Assembly (NCBI GenBank): GCA_035627515.1
Contig: DASPLQ010000012.1
Coordinates: forward strand, 1,199,705 to 1,263,704
From: Vitreimonas sp.
Lineage (GTDB): Bacteria; Patescibacteriota; Microgenomatia; UBA1400; PJMF01
Direction: 5' to 3'
DNA length: 64,000 nucleotides
In this document: positions 29,351 through 38,931 of the stretch, in pieces
Numbering within the stretch: position 1 is the first letter of the stretch
How the letters are laid out: every line of letters begins with the position of its first letter
Translations under genes and position numbers: made by a program
The notes under the pieces: model-generated
The model's database searches: none
Told to the model about the DNA's origin: nothing
Seen by the model: the letters and a program-made list of their open reading frames with translations, nothing else

Positions 29351-30223
29351 ATGTCTCGCCGCCTGATTGTTACCCACCACGCTCCAGATTTAGATGCTAT
29401 TGGCGCTGTATGGCTGCTCAAACGTTTTGACAGCCAGCATTATGCCGACGCCAAAATTGCTTTTGTAAATCCTGGTGACACTATCACTTTAGAAGAAGCC
29501 GAAGAATTTGGAGTCCAACTGCATGAAGTCACTCATGTGGATACAGGCTTAAGCGAATTTGATCATCACCAACCCGATCGCGGTTTGCAATATATTAGTG
29601 CCACCTCATTAGTGTATGACCATATTTGTAAAATTCACCCCGACTTAGTCGATGACAAAGCTTTAAAAATTGTGGTTGAGTTCACTACCGAGACTGATCA
29701 CCTTGGCGAAGTCCATTGGCCTGATGCATCATCTGCTCGGTATAACTTCATGATTCATGAATTAATCCGTGGCACTGAGTTTACTGACCCTCACACTGAT
29801 GACTCACAACTTCACTTTGGGATGATGTGTTTAGATAGTGCCTACGCTAGTCTCAAACAACACGTCCGGGCAGCTGAGATCGTCGCTAACGAAGGCATTC
29901 AATTTGATATTAAGATCGGTAAATGTTTAGCGGTAGAAACTCGGAATGACGACACTATTAAGCTGGCTCAAAAACAAGGCTATGTGCTAGTCATTCGCAA
30001 AGACCCTGAAGAAGGTAACATCCGCATCAAAGCCCGCCCTGATGTTGAGCTGAGCCTTAACGCAGCAGCAGAGGCAATCACTAAGCTCGATACTAAAGGC
30101 AGTTGGTACAATCATCCCAGTGGCAAAATGTTAATTAATGGCTCCCGCAAACACCGCAACCAAAAAGCTAGTCCACTGACATTGAATCAAGTGATTGAGA
30201 TTATTAAGAGACTATATTCATAA
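29351..30223 (+). CDS. DHH-superfamily (MYG1-like) phosphoesterase
   Basis: VTHHAPDLDA, VDTG..EFDHHQ, SATSLV. Confidence 0.7.
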   Translation: MSRRLIVTHHAPDLDAIGAVWLLKRFDSQHYADAKIAFVNPGDTITLEEAEEFGVQLHEVTHVDTGLSEFDHHQPDRGLQYISATSLVYDHICKIHPDLVDDKALKIVVEFTTETDHLGEVHWPDASSARYNFMIHELIRGTEFTDPHTDDSQLHFGMMCLDSAYASLKQHVRAAEIVANEGIQFDIKIGKCLAVETRNDDTIKLAQKQGYVLVIRKDPEEGNIRIKARPDVELSLNAAAEAITKLDTKGSWYNHPSGKMLINGSRKHRNQKASPLTLNQVIEIIKRLYS

Positions 30224-30227
30224 AAAT

Positions 30228-30995
30228 ATGCCAAATGATGAAAGCTCTAAATGGTGGCTTCAAGGACAATTTGCTGAGCGGTGGCAAAAACCCGATGCTT
30301 CACCCCAAACAGCTAATAGTAGTCATAAAAGTGAAAACTCACCCTGGTGGCATAGTCATTTAAAACCCCAGGATCTAGCACTACCCGTTGAACCCCCTGT
30401 AAATAATGAATTTCATGAGAACCTGATCGCGACTTTTGGTTGGAAGTTGCATTTAAATTTCGACGCACAAAACCCCAAAAATAAATCCAATATTGAAGCT
30501 CTTCGATTATTTCTAAGCCAATTAAAAAATGATGGCTCCATTGCTCATTACAAAATTGGCGATGGAGGTGGTAAAGCAGATGATCAGCCAGGCAAAGAAG
30601 CAACAGTGTATGTTGGTTCTAGGAAAAAAGCTAAAGAAGCAGCGAAGAAAATCTTAGATAACAAAACAGTTAAAGAATTTTTACTCCCAGCAGAAGATTC
30701 AACTTTAATTGATGATGTACCATATGATTCATTAACTGGTGATTTCTTAATTAGCGAAGATTCTGTTGCAAGCATAGACAAGTTACCGTCTAACCTAAGC
30801 TATTTAATTATGGGAAGGTTCGATATTAGTAAAAAGAATCCTGACTTTCATCAATATGGTGGACATGGAATTCCACTCTTAAAAGTTGACGCGCCAGTGC
30901 CATGGGATCCGAGAGAACCTGCTGAAAGAATCAATAATAAACGGAAAGCATATAAAGCATTAGTTAAAGAATACGGAACCTTTTTCACAGGATAA
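30228..30995 (+). CDS. Hypothetical protein with phosphothreonine-lyase-like motifs
   Basis: GWKLHLN...YK...QPGKEATVYV; start at ATG 30228. Confidence 0.55.
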   Translation: MPNDESSKWWLQGQFAERWQKPDASPQTANSSHKSENSPWWHSHLKPQDLALPVEPPVNNEFHENLIATFGWKLHLNFDAQNPKNKSNIEALRLFLSQLKNDGSIAHYKIGDGGGKADDQPGKEATVYVGSRKKAKEAAKKILDNKTVKEFLLPAEDSTLIDDVPYDSLTGDFLISEDSVASIDKLPSNLSYLIMGRFDISKKNPDFHQYGGHGIPLLKVDAPVPWDPREPAERINNKRKAYKALVKEYGTFFTG

Positions 30996-30999
30996 CTCT

Positions 31000-31473
31000 A
31001 TGCACAAACCCGACTGTATTTTTTGTTTAATTGCTCAAGGCCAAGCTCCTTGCCACAAAGTGTGGGAAGATGATAAACACCTGGCATTTTTGTCGATTTT
31101 TCCGAATACCGAAGGCTTCACTGTAGTGATTCCTAAAGAACATCATGGTAGTTATGCCTTTGAACAAGATGACCAAGTCTTAAAAGATTTAATTGTAGCT
31201 GTCAAAAAAGTAGCTCACATTTTGGATAACTACTTTGAGGACGTCAGCAGATGCGGGATGTTTTTTGAAGGCTTTGGCGTGGATCACTTACATGCCAAGT
31301 TGTTTCCGATGCATGGCACTGGTAACTTAGCGGAATGGAAACCAATTGAAAGTGAAGCGCAAAATCGCCGTTATTTCGACAAGTATCCTGGTTATTTATC
31401 ATCGAATGACTCTGAACGAGCTGATGATGCCAAGTTGGCAAAATTAGCTGAAAACCTCCGCGAATCATCATAG
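31000..31473 (+). CDS. HIT family hydrolase
   Basis: DCIFC, VVIPKEH, DHLHAKL variant histidine triad. Confidence 0.88.
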   Translation: MHKPDCIFCLIAQGQAPCHKVWEDDKHLAFLSIFPNTEGFTVVIPKEHHGSYAFEQDDQVLKDLIVAVKKVAHILDNYFEDVSRCGMFFEGFGVDHLHAKLFPMHGTGNLAEWKPIESEAQNRRYFDKYPGYLSSNDSERADDAKLAKLAENLRESS

Positions 31474-31509
31474 TTTGAGTCTAATCTGGACTTCCTGTTA
31501 TTTTTCCGT

Positions 31510-31590
31510 TATAATTACGAGCTTTGAAAGCATAGCCTAATTGGGGACCAAAGTGATCCAATTAGCCTGGAAAGGAGGTGTTCTTCTCTA
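31510..31590 (+). promoter_or_regulatory. rpsU promoter and structured leader with extended Shine-Dalgarno
   Basis: TATAAT 31510-31515; hairpin CTAATTGG (31537-31544)/CCAATTAG (31558-31565); AAAGGAGGTG 31571-31580. Confidence 0.7.
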
Positions 31591-31842
31591 ATGCCAATTA
31601 TTATTAAAGCTCAAGGTAATGATTCTACTAATGATTTGATTAAGAAGTTTAAGAAGGTAGTGGTGGCTACTGACATCGTACAAACTGTCAAGGACCGTCG
31701 CTATTATCAAAAACCCTCCCGCGTCAAAGCCGTCCGAACTATCGAGAAGAAACGTTTGCAAAAACGTGTCCGTAGTTTGAAACGCATGAAAAACGTTTCC
31801 CCACAAGTTTTGACTCGTATTCAAGAGAGAATTAATTCATAA
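31591..31842 (+). CDS. rpsU: 30S ribosomal protein bS21
   Basis: Small basic protein; LIKKFKK.V....I...KDRRYYQKPS. Confidence 0.85.
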   Translation: MPIIIKAQGNDSTNDLIKKFKKVVVATDIVQTVKDRRYYQKPSRVKAVRTIEKKRLQKRVRSLKRMKNVSPQVLTRIQERINS

Positions 31843-31858
31843 CTCTTTACTTTGAACC

Positions 31859-31891
31859 AAGGCCCCCTACCTAAAAAGTAGGGGGTTTTTT
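31859..31891 (+). terminator. Rho-independent terminator after rpsU
   Basis: GGCCCCCTAC-CTAAAAA-GTAGGGGGTT plus T-run. Confidence 0.85.
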
Positions 31892-31920
31892 GTTGTAGGC
31901 GAAATGCGTATACTAGTTTC

Positions 31921-33216
31921 ATGACGTACATTGCTGCCCTGCGTGCGCGCACGATTCTTGATTCCCGCGGAACTCCCACTATTGAAACTGATGTTATTCT
32001 CAATGATGGCTCGATGGGCAGAGCCAGCGTTCCTAGTGGCGCTAGCACGGGCACCCATGAGTCTTTAGAACTTCGTGATGGTGATCAAACTCGCTTTTTT
32101 GGTAAAGGTGTCCAAAAGGCTGTTGATTTTGTTAATAATGAGCTTTGTCACGCCTTGACTAATAACAATCCCCTAGATCAAGAAAATTGTGATCAGGAAC
32201 TGGTGATGAGAGATGGGACAGCTAATCTTTCTCGGTATGGTGCTAACACTCTTTTAAGTATTTCCTTAGCCCTCTCCAAAGCCGCTGCTGCTAGTTTAAA
32301 TATTCCTTATTATCAGTATGTGCGCGAACTTTATCATCGCTTAACCCCGCGGTATCACAGTGGCGACTTATCAGCCAAACTGACAGAGCCTTTACCTCAA
32401 CCAATGTTTAACTTAATGAATGGTGGAGCTCACACTGATTGGCAAAGTACTAACTTTCAAGAGTTTATGATTGTGCCACACGCAGCCAAGAACTTCTCCC
32501 AAGCTGTAGAGTGGGGCAGTGAAGTCTACCACCATCTCAAAGCTGTGCTTAAAAGTCGTGGTTATATCACCTTAGTCGGTGATGAAGGTGGCTTTGCCCC
32601 GGCACTTAAAAATGATGAAGAAGCCTTGGAAATTTTACTGCAAGCGATTGAGAAAGCTGGTTTCAAACCTGGTGAGCACATTAGCTTAGCCCTTGATCCT
32701 GCCACCTCTGAGTTGTATGAAAATGGCATTTATAATTTACGAATTACGAATCAACATCTAACGAGTGCACAACTGATAGAGATGTGGCAAGACTGGGTTC
32801 GCCAATATCCGATCATCTCAATTGAGGATGGCCTAGCCGAAGACGACTGGCAAGGGTGGCAAGACTTAAATCAGGCTTTGGGTCAGAAAATTCTACTCGT
32901 CGGCGATGACTTCCTGGTAACCAATACTGAACGCATCGAGCGCGCCCAGCTTCAACCTTCGTGCAATGCGTTATTAACCAAAGTTAACCAAATCGGCACC
33001 TTGTCCGAGACGTTACATGCCATTTTACTCAGCCGGCAAGCAGGGTGGAAAATTATCATGTCACATCGCAGTGGCGAGACAGAAGACACCACTATTGCAG
33101 AGTTGGCAATTGGGGTGGCAGCAGAGTATGTGAAGATGGGTTCTTTAGCCCGCAGCGAGCGGACTGCTAAGTACAATCAGTTATTAAGAATCGAAGAAGT
33201 ATTGTCTAACCGTTAA
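31921..33216 (+). CDS. eno: Enolase
   Basis: DSRGTPT, VPSGASTG, VGDEGGFAP, KVNQIGTLSE, SHRSGETED. Confidence 0.97.
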   Translation: MTYIAALRARTILDSRGTPTIETDVILNDGSMGRASVPSGASTGTHESLELRDGDQTRFFGKGVQKAVDFVNNELCHALTNNNPLDQENCDQELVMRDGTANLSRYGANTLLSISLALSKAAAASLNIPYYQYVRELYHRLTPRYHSGDLSAKLTEPLPQPMFNLMNGGAHTDWQSTNFQEFMIVPHAAKNFSQAVEWGSEVYHHLKAVLKSRGYITLVGDEGGFAPALKNDEEALEILLQAIEKAGFKPGEHISLALDPATSELYENGIYNLRITNQHLTSAQLIEMWQDWVRQYPIISIEDGLAEDDWQGWQDLNQALGQKILLVGDDFLVTNTERIERAQLQPSCNALLTKVNQIGTLSETLHAILLSRQAGWKIIMSHRSGETEDTTIAELAIGVAAEYVKMGSLARSERTAKYNQLLRIEEVLSNR

Positions 33217-33273
33217 CCTTGTCATATTTGCTACTCCTTTACCTGGTAGATACCTTTTGAGTACGATAATTGA

Positions 33274-34560
33274 ATGCCAGTTGCTCTGCCCACCAAAAAT
33301 CATGGCCTAAGTTCTTCACACAACTTATTATCAAACTCTTTATTTGCCTTGTTGTACTATTCGGGGCTGATTTTTTTAGTGAGTTGGGCTGATGGCATCA
33401 TGGCGTACGTGACTCCAATTTACATCACAGAGCACGTCAGTCACCCGGTGCTGATGGGATTCGTGATGGCTTTTTCTTCGATCGTCGGTATTAACTGTGA
33501 TTTACTGTTTGCCAAGCGATTACATGGTAAAAGATATAGTTACTTTCTATTTCAAACTTCGTTTTTTGCCTTGTTAGCAGGGTTATGTTATGTAGTCTTT
33601 TCACCTAATGTGGCCATTCTCTTATTGATCGTAGGTTTGTGGGGTATTTACTATGAGTTGCTCCAGTTTTCTAACTTTCATTTCATTCATACTTTTTTAA
33701 GTACATCCCAACATACACTAGGGTGGAGTACTGTGATGAATGCCAAATACATGGCCTTGTTAGTAGCGCCTTTAACCGCTTCTTACCTGATGGAAGATAC
33801 TGAGTTTCCGGCTTTCTACTTTATGATTACCTTGCATCTTATTGCCATCGTGTTTTTATTTATTTTTACTACATTAACACCCAAACAATCTCAACCGACT
33901 TTGCCGGCAGAGAAGCAGCGTCATAACCCTAAAATTCAAGAGTTTCGAATTTGGCAGGTTTTGATAAAGCGATTATGGCCCATTTATTTATTTGTGTTGA
34001 CCTTATCAGTGCTTGACTCAGTGTACTGGACTGTAGGGGCTCTACTCTCAGAACACATGGCGGATCCTTATAAAGGGGTACTGTTAACGTTAAATGCGTT
34101 ACCTGCTTTATTTGTCAGTTACTTCATTCAAAAAGCTTTTGTGAACTACAGTAAAAAAAGGACTGCTTTCTTATTAGCTTTAGCTGGCTCGTGTTGTTTA
34201 TTTTTTGTGGGGTTTGTTACTCATCCAGTCTTATTACTGAGCTTAATTTTCATTTCATCTTGTTTTACGGTCAGTGCCTGGCCACTGATTTTGGCAACCT
34301 ATGAAGATTATGTGGCGCGCAGTGATGAGTATGGCAATGACTTAATTGGCTTCGAAAACTCAGCTATCAGTTTGTCATATATTTTGGGACCCATTTTTGC
34401 GAGTACTACTGCCAGTTTAGTGGGTGAACAACAAACGTTTAGTATCGTCGCTCTTTTATTGGGTAGTGTCAGTTTATTAGCTTTAGCTGTCACACCGCGA
34501 AAAATTCGCTTGCCTCAAAGTGAGATTATTGCCCTAGAAAAGCCATTGCACATGCCTTAG
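33274..34560 (+). CDS. MFS transporter
   Basis: About 12 hydrophobic helices in two halves; YILGPIFA. Confidence 0.78.
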   Translation: MPVALPTKNHGLSSSHNLLSNSLFALLYYSGLIFLVSWADGIMAYVTPIYITEHVSHPVLMGFVMAFSSIVGINCDLLFAKRLHGKRYSYFLFQTSFFALLAGLCYVVFSPNVAILLLIVGLWGIYYELLQFSNFHFIHTFLSTSQHTLGWSTVMNAKYMALLVAPLTASYLMEDTEFPAFYFMITLHLIAIVFLFIFTTLTPKQSQPTLPAEKQRHNPKIQEFRIWQVLIKRLWPIYLFVLTLSVLDSVYWTVGALLSEHMADPYKGVLLTLNALPALFVSYFIQKAFVNYSKKRTAFLLALAGSCCLFFVGFVTHPVLLLSLIFISSCFTVSAWPLILATYEDYVARSDEYGNDLIGFENSAISLSYILGPIFASTTASLVGEQQTFSIVALLLGSVSLLALAVTPRKIRLPQSEIIALEKPLHMP

Positions 34561-34571
34561 TTAGGCGTACC

Positions 34572-34919
34572 TTACTTACGGCGGCGTGACTTGCGAGGTA
34601 ATTTTTTTTCAATGCGGTGCAAACTAGCTTGAATCTCATCTTCGCTGTCACGTGACTCAGCACTGCCTTTGTGAATCAAAAAGCTAGTTAACACCACCAT
34701 GCTTAATAATTGCAGAAATTCTGATTGCCAGTTTTCAAAAGTTGCAGCCCAAAACTCAGGCATAAACTCTTCAACAACCGCTGGCTGTTGATGCGCTTGG
34801 GCATTGGAAACAAATTCTTGCCACTGAAAATAAGCTTGTCCCATCCAACTAAAAATAAAAAGTGCTAACAGGGTTAAACTCAAATTGTAATCTTTTAAAA
34901 GTTTCTCCATCAGCTGCAT
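34572..34919 (-). CDS. DUF6766-like small membrane protein
   Basis: FWAATFENWQSEFLQL...HKGSAESR; SD AAGGAG. Confidence 0.75.
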   Translation of the reverse strand: MQLMEKLLKDYNLSLTLLALFIFSWMGQAYFQWQEFVSNAQAHQQPAVVEEFMPEFWAATFENWQSEFLQLLSMVVLTSFLIHKGSAESRDSEDEIQASLHRIEKKLPRKSRRRK

Positions 34920-35049
34920 GTCGCTCCTTTTTAGTCAAAAATAATATAAATATTGACTAGGAGAGATAGCATATCCAGACACTTTAAAAAAAGCGCCCCA
35001 AATCTGTAAGACTTTGACAAGAATTTTAATGGATTGATAGCTAAAATTT

Positions 35050-35634
35050 TTAAGCCGCTTTTTTACGGGGCTTAACTTTGGCGCGAATGTTGAACTCCCA
35101 CTGGTCTCCATCACTGGTGTCAAAACTGGTGGAGTTAGTCAATTGATAATAATTAACTAAGTGGTTACTTAATGTTTCTTCCAACTCTTTTTTCTGTTCA
35201 TTGATCTCGCCAATTTGAACTTTAAGTGAAGTTACTTGTGGATCAGATTGTAGTTTAGCTTTGCGCTCTTTGAGTTGTTCTGAAACCACTTGCATTTGAG
35301 CTTCGGCTTCACCTAACTGGGTATCATTTTCAAAAATATTTTTTAGTGACTCACGTTTGTGTTTAATTTCCTCACCTAACCGTTCCAGTTCATTAGCATT
35401 CCGCTCGATGACATTTTGCAGTGATGTGAGCGTTTGAGCGATTTGATCAGAGGCTACGGCCTCATCGTCGGAATCAGAACTAGGAGCAGAGGAGTTTGGG
35501 GCAGTAGGCTGACCTGAGGCTTGTGATAAAGCCTCTAAGGCCAAATCATCGCCACTTTTTAACTGTAAAGCATCTTCACCTGCCTCGAGTGCTGGGGTGT
35601 TAGGTTGATTGGATTGAGAGTTATTGTCGTTCAT
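35050..35634 (-). CDS. Hypothetical coiled-coil protein
   Basis: Disordered acidic N-terminus, long heptad region, small C-terminal beta segment. Confidence 0.75.
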   Translation of the reverse strand: MNDNNSQSNQPNTPALEAGEDALQLKSGDDLALEALSQASGQPTAPNSSAPSSDSDDEAVASDQIAQTLTSLQNVIERNANELERLGEEIKHKRESLKNIFENDTQLGEAEAQMQVVSEQLKERKAKLQSDPQVTSLKVQIGEINEQKKELEETLSNHLVNYYQLTNSTSFDTSDGDQWEFNIRAKVKPRKKAA

Positions 35635-35812
35635 ACGATCCTTAATTGTTGGTCTGTTTCCACTTGGAAAGCAGATCTAATTCTTTAGTGACTACTCTGT
35701 ATACCATATCTCAAAAAGCTTGCCTACGTGGAGTTAATGATCAGCAATAGTTTTTAATTTATTTTTCAGATCGCCTCTTGAACAACATCTGTGATCAATA
35801 GATAATAAAAGT

Positions 35813-37216
35813 ATGAAAAAGTTGACAAAAATAGTAGCGACCATTGGCCCAGCTACCGAAGCAGAAACTATCATGGCAGATATGATCCATGCGGGCATGA
35901 ACGTGGCTCGGTTTAATACTAAACATTCTGACCCTCAATGGCACAATCAGTTTATTCAACAAATCAAAAAAGTAGCTAATGATTTACATCAACCTGTGGG
36001 AGTGTTACTTGATTTACAAGGTCCTGAAGTTCGTATTGATTTACCCGGTGAACCTTTTGCTGTAGCCAAAGGTGATTCTGTCACTTTTACCAGCGATCGC
36101 ACTGTGCAAGGCGATAAAATTGTCTGGGTTCCGGAAGACGTGGTGCGTTCTCTCCAACCCGGCAATAGCATTTTATTAGAAGATGGTGCCTGCGAGTTTA
36201 GCGTCATCAGCCACACTGAAAATGCTTTGATCTGCAAAGCTGAAATAGAGTGTACGGTAAAAACTCGCAAAACCATGAATACACCGGGAGTGGTATTGAG
36301 CATGCCATCTCTGACAGATCGCGATTATCAATTTTTAGACCATGTTGATCTTAACAATGTGGATTTTGTCGGTTTGTCGTTTGTTCGTAACAAGGAAGAT
36401 GTTGCTATTCTTCGCAGTGAGTTAGAAAAACGCAATTCACAAGCAGACATCGTTGCGAAAATTGAAAACCAGCAGGCGCTCGATAATATTGATGAACTGA
36501 TTCAAGTTTCTGATGCAGTGATGGTGGCTCGCGGTGACTTAGGAGTTGAAGTGCCATTTCAGGAGTTAACATACTGGCAAAGATTAATTATTGATAAGTG
36601 TCGCGTTGCTAGTAAACCGGTGATTACTGCTACTGAGATGTTGAAATCAATGATCGAAAAACCTCGCCCGACTCGTGCCGAAGTCAGCGACGTTGCTCAT
36701 GCCATTTATGATGGCACAGATGCCATTATGCTTTCCGATGAGACCACGATTGGAAAATATCCGCTCAAAGCCGTAGCGGCTCAAACTGCGATTGCAGAAT
36801 TCAACGAGCAGCACACTAAATGCTCAATTGAAGTGGGCAAGAGTATCGATAGCACCGCGGCCATTGCTCAAGCCGCTTCCGATATTATTGAAAATAGTAA
36901 TATTCCCTTAGATAAAATTATTTGCTTAACTGAAACCGGCCGTACTGCTCGTCTTATCGCTCGTTTTCATCCGCTCATTCCCATTTATACGTTAACGCAC
37001 TCAACTAGTGTGGCCCAAAAACTGACATTGTCATATGGTGTTTCACCATTGTTCATTGATCCTTCTCAACCTGAGATTCAGACTGAAGAAGGCTTGCTCC
37101 AACAATGTAAAGAAATGAAGATCGTAGATAGTGGTGATCAAATTTTGTTGATTCGCGGTAAATTTTGGCGTCAATCAGGACTTACTAATACGGTATCAAT
37201 TATTACTATTCCATAA
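35813..37216 (+). CDS. pyk: Pyruvate kinase
   Basis: TKIVATIGPA, DLQGPE, AKIEN, MVARGDLGVE, PTRAEVSDV. Confidence 0.97.
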   Translation: MKKLTKIVATIGPATEAETIMADMIHAGMNVARFNTKHSDPQWHNQFIQQIKKVANDLHQPVGVLLDLQGPEVRIDLPGEPFAVAKGDSVTFTSDRTVQGDKIVWVPEDVVRSLQPGNSILLEDGACEFSVISHTENALICKAEIECTVKTRKTMNTPGVVLSMPSLTDRDYQFLDHVDLNNVDFVGLSFVRNKEDVAILRSELEKRNSQADIVAKIENQQALDNIDELIQVSDAVMVARGDLGVEVPFQELTYWQRLIIDKCRVASKPVITATEMLKSMIEKPRPTRAEVSDVAHAIYDGTDAIMLSDETTIGKYPLKAVAAQTAIAEFNEQHTKCSIEVGKSIDSTAAIAQAASDIIENSNIPLDKIICLTETGRTARLIARFHPLIPIYTLTHSTSVAQKLTLSYGVSPLFIDPSQPEIQTEEGLLQQCKEMKIVDSGDQILLIRGKFWRQSGLTNTVSIITIP

Positions 37217-37224
37217 GGAGTACT

Positions 37225-37485
37225 ATGTCGAAAAAAGGGAGTCTCTTGACTCTAGTCGCTGGCGTTGCAGCTGGAGCTGCCGCTTTATTTTTCTCTAAAA
37301 AAGCCAATCGGGAGATGGCCAAAAAGGAAATTCAAAAAGCAAGCACTAAGGTCAAGCAAGCTAAAAAAGAGGTCAAAAAAGCTGTGACTAAAGTCAAAGC
37401 TCAAACCAAAAAAGTAGCCAGTAAAGCCCCTAAAGCTGCTCCTAAAAAAGCTGTCAAAAAAAGCAAAGCTAAAAAAAGTAAATAA
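37225..37485 (+). CDS. Small membrane-anchored Lys/Ala-rich protein (YtxH-like N-terminus, histone H1-like tail)
   Basis: LVAGVAAGAAALFF followed by KKAV/KAAPKKA repeats; SD AAGGAG. Confidence 0.75.
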   Translation: MSKKGSLLTLVAGVAAGAAALFFSKKANREMAKKEIQKASTKVKQAKKEVKKAVTKVKAQTKKVASKAPKAAPKKAVKKSKAKKSK

Positions 37486-37518
37486 TTTTATTTTAGATTA
37501 GTTCATCAAATGGCATCG

Positions 37519-38931
37519 CTATAAGCGGTGCCATTTTTGTAAATGATGATCAATATTGCCATCAAAAAATTGACGCAAATAAACGTCTTTAGTTTGTCTT
37601 CCTAGAAGATAGGGGAGTTGACGAGAAGCCACATACATTCGGGGCATAAGATTGATGAAGATAGCCGCCGCGATTAACGTCAATAACGGGAGTTTCCAAG
37701 CCGGTTTTTTATCAAAAAGCAGTTTAATATACCAAAAGACACATATACCCAAAACAATAAAGCCTGACAACGCATAGCGAGTCGATAAAGGGGGCACAAA
37801 CCACCAAATGAGCCACTGAGCTAAACCAAAAATCCACAACGTGGTCAGTTTACGATCTGCCTTCCTTTGCCAGCAGTCATAGCCTGCTAGAGGCAAGGCC
37901 AGAAATAAAACTGACACATAATCACGACTAAAAAGTGTCAACTGTATCAAAGACCAAGGGAAAGAGATAATACGCTCACTCAGATAACTAACACCGCTAC
38001 TGCCACCACTAATCTCATCTAAACGGCCTAAATGCAGTAGAGCAGACAAAAAAGGTGTGCCGGCATACCAAAAGGTGTAAAGATAAAAAGGTGCAACCAC
38101 TAAGGCACTCGTTACCAAGAACACACATACCTTCTGCCACCGCTTAGTCATTAACCACACGAGGAGTAACATCACTGGCCACAACAACACTGAAAATAAT
38201 TTAGTCGCCAGTGAGGCCCCAAAAAATAAACCACTCCACATCGTGTGCTGATGTCTAGAACTCTGATGATCCACCGCTTGTAACAGCAACCACAAGCTCG
38301 CTACTTCCCACATCGCCTTTGCCACATCCACATAGAAACTACTTGCTTGCCACGTCATAACCTGATAGGTAGAGATGAAAAGCACAGTCGCTAAAGCCCA
38401 GTGACGAGGCAGCACATGGCGTGCCAATGCATAACTCACTGCCATACAACTCAACGCTAAACCATACGCCACTACTTTCGCTCCCATATCACCAGCAGCT
38501 TGATAGCCTAATAAAAACAACACATCGGAAAACAGAGGATTAAGTGATTGGTAATAATCAGGAAGGTATATGATGCGACCTAAAGTCAGGAACTGCTCCA
38601 CGATTGGCAAGTGATACCAAACAGCATCGAACCCGGTTTCCGGCATCAATACTCCCAAACCATGCATCAGCCATATGAGGCCAAACACAGTCACCATTAG
38701 TTTTTCAATTACCTTCAGACCAGAAAAGCTGATTACCACTTGCCAACCTAATCGCATGAGAAAAAAACTGGGAAAAAGTAAAATCAGGTAAAGTGGCAAA
38801 AACAAACCACCTGCCCACCCCACCAGTGTGGTAATCACAGCACAACTAAACCAACTGACCATTAACCAAAAAAGGTGCGTTTTATTTTTTTGCTCTGGTT
38901 TGGGAACTTGAAGCGGTTTCTTTAGTACCAT
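37519..38931 (-). CDS. GT-C fold membrane glycosyltransferase (ArnT/PMT-like); start uncertain
   Basis: FDAVWYHLP, SFYVD, GASLATK, RYAL; multi-TM. Confidence 0.7.
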   Translation of the reverse strand: MVLKKPLQVPKPEQKNKTHLFWLMVSWFSCAVITTLVGWAGGLFLPLYLILLFPSFFLMRLGWQVVISFSGLKVIEKLMVTVFGLIWLMHGLGVLMPETGFDAVWYHLPIVEQFLTLGRIIYLPDYYQSLNPLFSDVLFLLGYQAAGDMGAKVVAYGLALSCMAVSYALARHVLPRHWALATVLFISTYQVMTWQASSFYVDVAKAMWEVASLWLLLQAVDHQSSRHQHTMWSGLFFGASLATKLFSVLLWPVMLLLVWLMTKRWQKVCVFLVTSALVVAPFYLYTFWYAGTPFLSALLHLGRLDEISGGSSGVSYLSERIISFPWSLIQLTLFSRDYVSVLFLALPLAGYDCWQRKADRKLTTLWIFGLAQWLIWWFVPPLSTRYALSGFIVLGICVFWYIKLLFDKKPAWKLPLLTLIAAAIFINLMPRMYVASRQLPYLLGRQTKDVYLRQFFDGNIDHHLQKWHRL

